Source: Candidatus Saccharimonadales bacterium (GTDB lineage Bacteria; Patescibacteriota; Saccharimonadia; Saccharimonadales; UBA10212). From it: a stretch of 33,024 nucleotides of DNA. The position numbers were made by a program, and so were the translations under genes. The notes beneath the pieces were generated by a model. The model searched no databases. It worked only from the letters and a program-made list of their open reading frames with translations, and had not been told where the DNA came from. Shown piece by piece: positions 26,951-33,024 of this stretch. The stretch lies in NCBI GenBank assembly GCA_035650795.1, contig DASRGY010000070.1, positions 1 through 33,024 of the forward strand, given 5' to 3'. Position 1 is the first letter of the stretch. Each line of letters begins with the position of its first letter.

Positions 26951-28255
26951 TTATTTGTTTGGTAGAGCCTCTATTCCTGGAAGTTCTTTGCCGGCCATGA
27001 GCTCTAAGCTGGCACCACCGCCTGTTGAAACATGGCTAAAGTCTTCAGTTAAACCTTCAGCTTCTATGTAGCCAACCGTATCGCCGCCTCCTACTAGGCT
27101 GAAGGCCTTAGACAAATGTTTGTTAGAAGGGCCAATAATAGCCTCTGCAATAGTGCGCGTACCATTAGAAAATGGCGCCTGTGCCCCATTAATCCCCTTG
27201 GTTTCGGTTACCCCCATCGTGCCATTCCAGATAACTGTTTTAGCCAGTTCTACTGCTCCGGCAATAAGTCCAGAGCTAACTGGCCCAATATCAAATATGG
27301 CTTCTGCTTTGCCGACTGTATAGGTATCCCTTTTTGGAATTTTAGGATACGCCTCAATCTCTGCCAAAGAACGGCTAGACAGATCTACTATTCGGATCGG
27401 TGCACGGCCATTAATATTCTTTGAAACTATAGCATCAACTGGCAACAAAAAACTGAAGGGTTGTCTGCATGCTTTATTTTTTACTTTAGCAAGTATGTCT
27501 TTTGTCAGTCTAAGGTCTTCTTTGTCATATAAACTGCTACCAGTTTCATATCCCTCTATTTTTAGGAAGTTGTTGGCCATAGCGCCGCCAATAGCAACGC
27601 AGTCGGCTAAATCTATCAAGCAATGAAGAACTTCGATTTTATCTTTAATTTTGGCGCCACCGATAATTGCAACCAGCGGGTGGTTCGGAGACTTCATTAC
27701 TTTTGTGATAGTTTCTACTTCTTTCTCTAGTAACAGACCAGCAACGGAAGGCAAGAGCTTAGTTATAGCGACAGTTGAAGCATGTGCCCTATGTACAACA
27801 CCAAAACCGTCCTGGACAAAAATCTCTGCACTCGTGGAATCCACTAGATTTTTAGCAAGCTGCGTCTCGTTTTCTTCTTCACCCGGATAAAAGCGCAAAT
27901 TTTCCAGTAATAAAATATCAGTTGGCTTAAGTCGCGAGGCAATAGATTTTACTTCTTCTCCAACACAATCTGGTACAAAAAAGACCTTTCTACCTAATAA
28001 TTGGCTTAGGTGCCTTGCTACTGGCTGAAGGCTCAAAGTCTTGTCAAAGCCCTTAGGTCGTCCCATGTGAGACATAATAATAAGTCCGTTTGGCTTCTGT
28101 TTAAGAATATATTCAAGGGTCGGGATAGATTGTTTTATCCGAAAATCATCAGTAATTTTGCCTGCAATATCGGGTACATTATAATCAGCACGCAACAGAA
28201 CGCGCTTGCCGGTCAAACTTATATCTTTAATGGTTTTTTTGTTAAAGCCCACCAT
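26951..28255 (-). CDS. pgk: Phosphoglycerate kinase
   Basis: The motifs LLRADYNVP and MSHMGRPKG are present, along with AIIGGAKIKDKI and STGGGASLE. Confidence 0.95.
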   Translation of the reverse strand: MVGFNKKTIKDISLTGKRVLLRADYNVPDIAGKITDDFRIKQSIPTLEYILKQKPNGLIIMSHMGRPKGFDKTLSLQPVARHLSQLLGRKVFFVPDCVGEEVKSIASRLKPTDILLLENLRFYPGEEENETQLAKNLVDSTSAEIFVQDGFGVVHRAHASTVAITKLLPSVAGLLLEKEVETITKVMKSPNHPLVAIIGGAKIKDKIEVLHCLIDLADCVAIGGAMANNFLKIEGYETGSSLYDKEDLRLTKDILAKVKNKACRQPFSFLLPVDAIVSKNINGRAPIRIVDLSSRSLAEIEAYPKIPKRDTYTVGKAEAIFDIGPVSSGLIAGAVELAKTVIWNGTMGVTETKGINGAQAPFSNGTRTIAEAIIGPSNKHLSKAFSLVGGGDTVGYIEAEGLTEDFSHVSTGGGASLELMAGKELPGIEALPNK

Positions 28256-28300
28256 TATCCTCTATTGATAAGTATCGCAGACTATCTTGCTTATCTCAAG

Positions 28301-28597
28301 CTAAAGCTTAAAGCTTGAAACTACATCGAGGACTCGCCCCCCAAAATTTGGCGCGGGTACGCATCCGCTTTCTTGTCGCCATTGGCGTATTCCATTCCTA
28401 AACTGCAGAATACCGAGTGTCGCTATTGTAGCCGCAGAGACTCCTGACTCAACCCCAACTCTTAAACTTTCTGAAGTAATTGCATGGTAAGCCATATATA
28501 CAGCTGATGGCATAGAGGAAAGACCTATTCTCATCTTAGAATAGTATGATGCAGTGGTATTCTCTAGAAAACGATGGCTCAATGATTCACTAGTCAT
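28301..28597 (-). CDS. Hypothetical small protein, possibly the first gene of the pgk transcription unit
   Basis: 98-aa ORF with no recognisable motifs. Support comes from a good promoter match placed 7 nt upstream of its ATG. It lies 45 nt upstream of pgk. Confidence 0.35.
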   Translation of the reverse strand: MTSESLSHRFLENTTASYYSKMRIGLSSMPSAVYMAYHAITSESLRVGVESGVSAATIATLGILQFRNGIRQWRQESGCVPAPNFGGRVLDVVSSFKL

Positions 28598-28604
28598 TAC
28601 TTAT

Positions 28605-28633
28605 ATTATAACATAATCTTAATCTGTAGTCCA
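28605..28633 (-). promoter_or_regulatory. Candidate promoter with an extended -10, abutting the ATG at 28597
   Basis: On the minus strand the -35 is TGGACT at 28633..28628. A 17-nt spacer follows, then TGT-TATAAT with the -10 at 28610..28605. Seven nt then separate it from the ATG. Confidence 0.4.
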
Positions 28634-28703
28634 GATTACAATTCTCCAGTAAGAGATAATACCATATACAGCATAATTTTTAAAAAAACTTAAGTAGCTA
28701 TAA

Positions 28704-28732
28704 TTGACTATTATAGATTTAAGTGTTAAAAT
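28704..28732 (+). promoter_or_regulatory. Candidate promoter abutting the ATG at 28740
   Basis: The -35 is TTGACT at 28704..28709. A 17-nt spacer follows, then the -10 TAAAAT at 28727..28732. Seven nt separate it from the ATG, and no Shine-Dalgarno sequence is present. Confidence 0.4.
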
Positions 28733-28739
28733 ATAGAAA

Positions 28740-29516
28740 ATGACTGAGATCCCGAATAAGCTGTCTAATGGTTTTGATACCGTAGAACCTTTAGCTGAAC
28801 CACACACGCAGCCCGTCACTAGGTTGGACTTCCTAAAAACTGCGGGGATGCTAGTGGCGACTGCGGCTGTACCTAGGTCTATACAAAATTCCCAAATATA
28901 TGAGAGTCGTCCTCATCCATTTCTATATACTTTTGAATCAGGATTCGGTTATCGCCTCAACAGCATGGCTAACTATGATCAGGGAGATTCTGGTTGGGCT
29001 AATGAGCGCATTGGTTTTAAAAAAGATACGATGTCTAAAGGCGGCTGTGCACCTACTGCTGCCGCAATGGTGGTTGCTACTATGAACAATAACCCCAAAA
29101 TAAGACCGGATACACTTGCATGGAAATATGGACCAAAATATTTTTGGCGAGCACAGGCTGATGGACATGGTAACTGGGATGGATTCTTTGATGCTATAGC
29201 TGGGTACAAAGGTCAGGTTCACAAATATGGAGGTTATAAGGCTGGGGATTTAAGATTAGAGGATATAGAAGAAATACCCACCATAGTCCAGCATGGTGGT
29301 ATGGCTATAGCATTGGCCGATGCAGGTGGATACTTTACTTTCCGCGGTCACTTTATTGTTTTGCGAGCAGCCGACCAGGAAGGTTTATATATCGCTGATC
29401 CCGCGGGAGACGGTGTAGTTCATAATAATACAGAGACACGGCCCTTTACTCCTGAGGTGTTAGCAGGAAGAGGCAAAAACGACGGCAGACTATTAAAAAT
29501 TTGGGCTTTTGTATAA
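28740..29516 (+). CDS. Secreted C39-like (papain-fold) cysteine peptidase domain protein
   Basis: The N-terminal signal has a Tat-like motif lacking the twin arginine (TRLDFLK), then the hydrophobic stretch TAGMLVATAAV. The catalytic-type blocks are YDQ...GGCAPTAAAMVVATM (Gln and Cys), FRGHFIVL (His) and LYIADP (Asp). Confidence 0.65.
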   Translation: MTEIPNKLSNGFDTVEPLAEPHTQPVTRLDFLKTAGMLVATAAVPRSIQNSQIYESRPHPFLYTFESGFGYRLNSMANYDQGDSGWANERIGFKKDTMSKGGCAPTAAAMVVATMNNNPKIRPDTLAWKYGPKYFWRAQADGHGNWDGFFDAIAGYKGQVHKYGGYKAGDLRLEDIEEIPTIVQHGGMAIALADAGGYFTFRGHFIVLRAADQEGLYIADPAGDGVVHNNTETRPFTPEVLAGRGKNDGRLLKIWAFV

Positions 29517-29522
29517 ACAACT

Positions 29523-29598
29523 TGGTGACCCCAACGGGAATCGAACCCGTGTTGCCAGGATGAAAACCTGGTGTCCTAGGCCACTAGACGATGGGGCC
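29523..29598 (-). tRNA. tRNA-Glu, anticodon UUC, with encoded CCA
   Basis: Manual cloverleaf of 76 nt: GGCCCCA TC GTCT AGTGGCCTA GGAC A CCAGG TTTTCAT CCTGG CAAC ACGGG TTCGATT CCCGT TGGGGTC A CCA. A TGG-TAGAAT extended -10-like element lies at 29612..29620, 13 nt upstream. Confidence 0.9.
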
Positions 29599-29630
29599 CC
29601 GTAACAGATATATTCTACCATTTTGTCATT

Positions 29631-29659
29631 AAAAAACCTCCGGTAAATATCCGAAGGTT
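29631..29659 (-). terminator. Intrinsic terminator ending the surface-protein operon
   Basis: The minus-strand RNA is AACCUUCGG-AUAUUUA-CCGGAGGUU followed by UUUU. The one non-Watson-Crick position is G-U on the minus strand and C-A on the plus strand. Confidence 0.55.
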
Positions 29660-29772
29660 TTATGTAACTCCACCTTTATGTTTTTGAGCGGTCAGTCAAT
29701 TGCTCTAAAAGTACCGTAGCACAAATTGGCTAAATCAGCAACCTTTATCCACACAATTTGATGGCCGCCTCT

Positions 29773-29798
29773 GTAGGGAGAGGTAATCCTCTCCCTAC
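29773..29798 (-). other. Perfect 11-bp stem / tetraloop hairpin in the 3' UTR of the LPXTG gene
   Basis: The sequence is GTAGGGAGAGG-TAAT-CCTCTCCCTAC. It lies 20 nt past the stop codon. No U-tract follows on either strand. Confidence 0.5.
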
Positions 29799-29817
29799 CA
29801 AGAGATATTTTAAATTT

Positions 29818-30957
29818 TTATCCGCGAACTTTACGACGGTTGAACAGGTAGTGACCAACACCAGCGAAAGTACTTACTCCAGTGAACATGGCAATTGTGC
29901 TGCCTGCACCAGTGTTTGGTAAGGTGCCTTTGCTTGGTGGAGGGGTTGGGGTAGGAGTTGGGGTAGGTGTACTAACTGTAATGGTCTTTCTACAATTGTC
30001 TGAGGTAGCAGTTTTATCTGTTCCATTTACAGTAAAGGTTACTGTAGCACTAACGATGTACGTATTATCAGCGGCATATGTATGACTGTTAGTCGTACCG
30101 TTGACAGTTTGTTTAGAACCATCACCCCAGTCAAACGTAGCACTCTTGAATGTGGCACCGTTCTTAGCGGTATAGGTCACGCTAGCATCAAATCGTCTAG
30201 CAGTATTAGCATCAGCTGTTAGTGTCAACATATCACAGCTGTACACCGGTGCTGGTGGAGGAGTAACATTCTCTACTTTTACTGTGTAAACGACAACTAT
30301 TCTGTATTCTGCACAGCCCCATTGCACACCGCTTCCAAGATTGGGACTACCAATTTTGAAGGTACTGTTAACTGAACTGTCTGCGAGGTTATGCCAGTTA
30401 TACTGCTGGCTATAAGTGTGAACTGTGTTTGGTACTAATGTTAGTTTAACGGTCTTACTACCGCAGTTTAGGGTAGTGTTATCTTGCACCCCAGCGGCAT
30501 CGCTAGCACTTACGCTTGAGCTAAACATGAACGAGCTGCCGGTCTGGTTTATCTTGTTAGCAGTTAATGCCATATTAACGTTGTGCGCAACAGCTGAGCC
30601 ATTTCCGTTGTCGTTGTAAGCAGATGCAGCATCGTTGTGGACGTAAGTCCAGACATCATAGATATCCCCGTCGTTACAAGCAGCGTTTAAAGTACCGCCT
30701 GTGTATAAAGGATTATTCTGGTTATCTTCGTTGTTACCGTTCATATCTTGCCGGACACGGACAAAATCCGGTTCATCACCAACACCGTTTGGCACATCAC
30801 AGTAATGGTTAAAGATAGGGGTTTTAAATATTGTGTTTGGATTATATGGCACACAGTTGGCGTCAGCACTAGCGTGTTTTACGCCTCCCACCAGAGCTAG
30901 AGCACTTACTACCGCAACGGCCAGTAGGCTTTTGACGATTAAATGCTTAATTTTCAT
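29818..30957 (-). CDS. LPXTG-anchored surface protein with a PKD-like domain
   Basis: The signal peptide is MKIKHLIVKSLLAVAVVSALALVGGVKHASA. The PKD signature is FDWGDGS...HTY...Y.VSATV, followed by a (TP)n linker. The C-terminal sorting signal is LPNTG, a hydrophobic stretch, then RRKVRG. The SD AAGGAG lies 5 nt upstream of the ATG. Confidence 0.85.
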   Translation of the reverse strand: MKIKHLIVKSLLAVAVVSALALVGGVKHASADANCVPYNPNTIFKTPIFNHYCDVPNGVGDEPDFVRVRQDMNGNNEDNQNNPLYTGGTLNAACNDGDIYDVWTYVHNDAASAYNDNGNGSAVAHNVNMALTANKINQTGSSFMFSSSVSASDAAGVQDNTTLNCGSKTVKLTLVPNTVHTYSQQYNWHNLADSSVNSTFKIGSPNLGSGVQWGCAEYRIVVVYTVKVENVTPPPAPVYSCDMLTLTADANTARRFDASVTYTAKNGATFKSATFDWGDGSKQTVNGTTNSHTYAADNTYIVSATVTFTVNGTDKTATSDNCRKTITVSTPTPTPTPTPPPSKGTLPNTGAGSTIAMFTGVSTFAGVGHYLFNRRKVRG

Positions 30958-30985
30958 TTCTTCTCCTTATTTCCTTCACTTAACC

Positions 30986-32323
30986 TTATGGGCACTTTGC
31001 AATGTTAGGGTCGCACGGAATAGTCTTAGTAACTGTGGTTGTTGGTGGAGGTGGTGGAGGTGGTGGTGGAGGAGGTGGTGGTGGAGGTGGTGGTGGAGGT
31101 TGGGGGACTGTTTGAGTAACAGTAGTCGTAGCTGTTGTAGTACTAGGTGTTTCTTCCTGCTTATTTTTAATCTGGAAAGGTGCCACAACTCTTTTACCGT
31201 GTGATGTAAATACGAGCTTCGCTACGTAAGGATTCTCTTCTATATAGTTTGGTAAATCTACTTCACGGAGATCTATTCGAGTTGTTTCTCCCGGACAAGT
31301 AATGCCAGCTTGCTGGAAAATATAAGGATCAGGGTCTGCATCACGATTAAGCTTAATTAAGAGTTTCTTGAGAATTTGACCTTTCTTAAGGCAGCGCATC
31401 CAAACACTAAACTTATTATCTTCTACCAGTGTCTTTTCATCGTGACCTGTAACTTCACTCTTTAGAATCTTGGTGTGTATAGGAGGTACTGGTCTTGGTT
31501 TTACCGGAACAGTTACAGTTACTGTCACTGGAGGTTTGGCTGGAGGTGGGGGAGTTTTAACTGTCTGAGTTACTGTATTAGTCCTGGGTGGGCGTGGGGG
31601 AGTTTTAACTGTTACGGTAACAGTCTTAGTAGGTGGAACTTCTTTTTCCTTGGCAACTTCATTACCGCACCAGTCAATTAAAACTACTGTATATTCTATG
31701 CCGTTGTAGCTAGTAGAAAGGTACGAAGCGTCTGGACTTATCGGACGTCCACCCTTATCTGTATAGTCAATCTCTAGATTAGGCTCATATTTAACATTAG
31801 ACCCTGTCTTAATTCCGCCTGACAATCCTCCAAGATTCCAACGACTACCATAAGCAGCAACACCACGACAAATGAAAGCTGCCTGTAGTTGCCTATAAGC
31901 ACCTTCAGGTATGTGCTGATTGTGCATTATTTCAGCTTTTTTAACCTTTAACTCTTGTCTCACGTCGCCAACAGTTTGCAAGTTAGGGTAATAAGGGTCA
32001 ACATTGAAGTGACGCCATGTATTTTCTACATTTATATGTGGTTGATAAGATACTTCTCCACCACAATTTGGCAATGAGCTGAGCTTAGCACCTAGGGGCT
32101 GCTGAGGTTGAGCCAACGGAGCCGCTTCACCAACGGAGGTATTATTACCGAGCGATTCTGCAAGGTAAGCTCCTCCTCCACCTAAAGCAACAAAACTTAG
32201 GGCAGTTGCGAATCCGCGCCCTGTACGACTACGCACTAATCTATTTCCAAGACTCAATGGATTTGAATCTTGCGCCTGCGCTTCTGCGACTGCCGTAGAA
32301 CTTATGCGTTCTGGTCCAGCCAT
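30986..32323 (-). CDS. Secreted or membrane-anchored proline/threonine-rich hypothetical protein with a 19-Pro tract and a C-terminal Cys-x7-Cys motif
   Basis: 445-aa ORF. The N-terminal hydrophobic segment is FATALSFVALGGGGAYLA, followed by a Cys-containing globular region. TVKTPP-type repeats and a second globular region follow. A Thr-rich stretch and 19 consecutive Pro come next, and the protein ends TTTVTKTIPCDPNIAKCP. The SD GGAAGGAG lies upstream. Confidence 0.8.
   Translation of the reverse strand: MAGPERISSTAVAEAQAQDSNPLSLGNRLVRSRTGRGFATALSFVALGGGGAYLAESLGNNTSVGEAAPLAQPQQPLGAKLSSLPNCGGEVSYQPHINVENTWRHFNVDPYYPNLQTVGDVRQELKVKKAEIMHNQHIPEGAYRQLQAAFICRGVAAYGSRWNLGGLSGGIKTGSNVKYEPNLEIDYTDKGGRPISPDASYLSTSYNGIEYTVVLIDWCGNEVAKEKEVPPTKTVTVTVKTPPRPPRTNTVTQTVKTPPPPAKPPVTVTVTVPVKPRPVPPIHTKILKSEVTGHDEKTLVEDNKFSVWMRCLKKGQILKKLLIKLNRDADPDPYIFQQAGITCPGETTRIDLREVDLPNYIEENPYVAKLVFTSHGKRVVAPFQIKNKQEETPSTTTATTTVTQTVPQPPPPPPPPPPPPPPPPPPPTTTVTKTIPCDPNIAKCP
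31043..31099 (-). repeat. Simple-sequence tract of (CCA/CCT) x 19 encoding poly-proline
   Basis: On the plus strand I read 19 consecutive TGG/AGG triplets in the gene's frame. Confidence 0.9.
31546..31612 (-). repeat. Two perfect 19-nt direct repeats 48 nt apart, in frame, inside the Pro-rich gene
   Basis: GTGGGGGAGTTTTAACTGT occurs at 31546..31564 and again at 31594..31612. Each copy encodes the TVKTPP unit of a 16-aa tandem repeat. Confidence 0.85.
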
Positions 32324-32429
32324 TTAGTTAGTTCTCCTTCCTTTGGCCCACCCGCAAACTTGCTTTAATAATTTAGCTAATCTATTAATTTACTCTTTTA
32401 TCCACCTCTTCCCACTCGAGGTTGCTCTA

Positions 32430-32458
32430 ACATTACCACAATAGCAAAAAATAGTCAA
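32430..32458 (-). promoter_or_regulatory. Candidate promoter of the surface-protein operon
   Basis: On the minus strand the -35 is TTGACT at 32458..32453. A 17-nt spacer follows, then the -10 TAATGT at 32435..32430. This lies about 100 nt upstream of the ATG at 32323. Confidence 0.4.
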
Positions 32459-32497
32459 TACTTTTCTACATAATTTTGCTATAAAGCAAGAAGCCGG

Positions 32498-33024
32498 TTA
32501 TGCTGTTTTAGCTTGTGCTTTAACTTCTACGGCTGATCTTGGAAAACTAAAACCAAAAGTACTGCCCTTGCCCTCTGTGCTACGGAAGATAATCGAACCT
32601 CCCTCCGCTACAACTACCTTCTTAGCCATATAGAGTCCGAGACCGGTGCCGTCAGGCCTAACCTTTTTAGCGTTATCAGCTCGATAAAATTTAGTGAATA
32701 AGTTAGGTTGGAGACTAACGGGTACACCTATTCCAGTATCTGTTACGGTGTAGATAATCTCTTTATCTGTTGCCTTTAGCTCGACATCGACTGCGCCCCC
32801 TTTAGGGGTGTAATAGATAGCATTATCTATAAAGTTCATCACAACCTGACGGATTTTAGTTTCATCCAGATTCAGGATAGGAAAGTTTTCCGGCTTCTTA
32901 AAGATGATAGCTACTTGGTGATCTTTGGCTGCTGTCATCATCTGCGATACTTCACCTTCAGCTACATCTGCTAAATTAATAGGTTTGTTTTCGATTACAA
33001 ATTTGCCGGTTCTTAATCGTGAGA
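32498..33024 (-). CDS. Sensor histidine kinase, C-terminal HATPase_c portion; the 5' end lies outside the window
   Basis: The N box is NFIDNAIYYTP, the G1 box is DTGIGV, the F box is FTKFYRAD and the G2 box is GTGLGLYMAKK. The frame stays open upstream of the ORF-track Met to the window edge (…SRLRTGKFVIENKPINLADVAEGEVSQMM…). Confidence 0.85.
   Translation of the reverse strand, partial: SRLRTGKFVIENKPINLADVAEGEVSQMMTAAKDHQVAIIFKKPENFPILNLDETKIRQVVMNFIDNAIYYTPKGGAVDVELKATDKEIIYTVTDTGIGVPVSLQPNLFTKFYRADNAKKVRPDGTGLGLYMAKKVVVAEGGSIIFRSTEGKGSTFGFSFPRSAVEVKAQAKTA

Noticed and set aside
28619-28819. 66-aa minus-strand ORF
   Set aside because: It overlaps the promoter region and the first 80 nt of the C39-like gene on the opposite strand. 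Its sequence is hydrophobic low-complexity with no start context.
30833-31204. 123-aa plus-strand ORF with a striking W/R-rich stretch (WWRWWRWWWRRWWWRWWWR), and the 70-aa minus-strand His/Leu-rich ORF at 30976..31188
   Set aside because: Both are reading-frame shadows of the CCA/CCT poly-proline triplet repeat in the real minus-strand gene 30986..32323. The plus-strand ORF also spans the junction between two well-supported genes.

Overview
The window is a densely packed, moderately AT-rich bacterial chromosome segment under the standard genetic code. About 31 protein genes are present, and all but four are on the minus strand. It also carries tRNA-Val(CAC), tRNA-Glu(UUC) and a one-piece tmRNA.

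Housekeeping content:
- An F1Fo ATP synthase operon, atpF-H-A-G-D-C.
- A NifS/IscS-like cysteine desulfurase, TatD, MetRS and a Nudix-like protein.
- RsmA/KsgA, a YabE/RpfB-like wall hydrolase and PcrA/UvrD.
- TpiA and Pgk.

Accessory content:
- A ligase-like / M20 peptidase / trehalase operon behind a long structured leader.
- A plus-strand Crp/Fnr plus MprF-like pair.
- A pilin-like mini-protein.
- A MarR regulator flanked by a recurring palindrome.
- A C39-like cysteine peptidase.
- A two-gene surface operon: a protein with a 19-proline tract plus an LPXTG/PKD protein.
- A partial histidine kinase.

The Gram-positive-type surface signals, short versions of core proteins and B. subtilis-like synteny fragments suggest a reduced-genome Gram-positive-like lineage, possibly Patescibacteria/Saccharibacteria-like. 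This is inference only.

Most interesting observations:
1. The atp operon has no recognisable a or c subunit gene. The atpE position holds a secreted-domain protein ending in a c-subunit-like hairpin with no acidic residue in its second helix.
2. The ligase-like operon has a leader with a terminator, a complementary upstream segment and a possible 22-codon leaderless mini-ORF.
3. A shared 7-bp half-site palindrome occurs three times, twice bracketing marR and overlapping candidate marR and ssrA promoter elements.
4. The poly-proline/LPXTG surface operon.

No CRISPR array, transposase, integrase or rRNA was seen.
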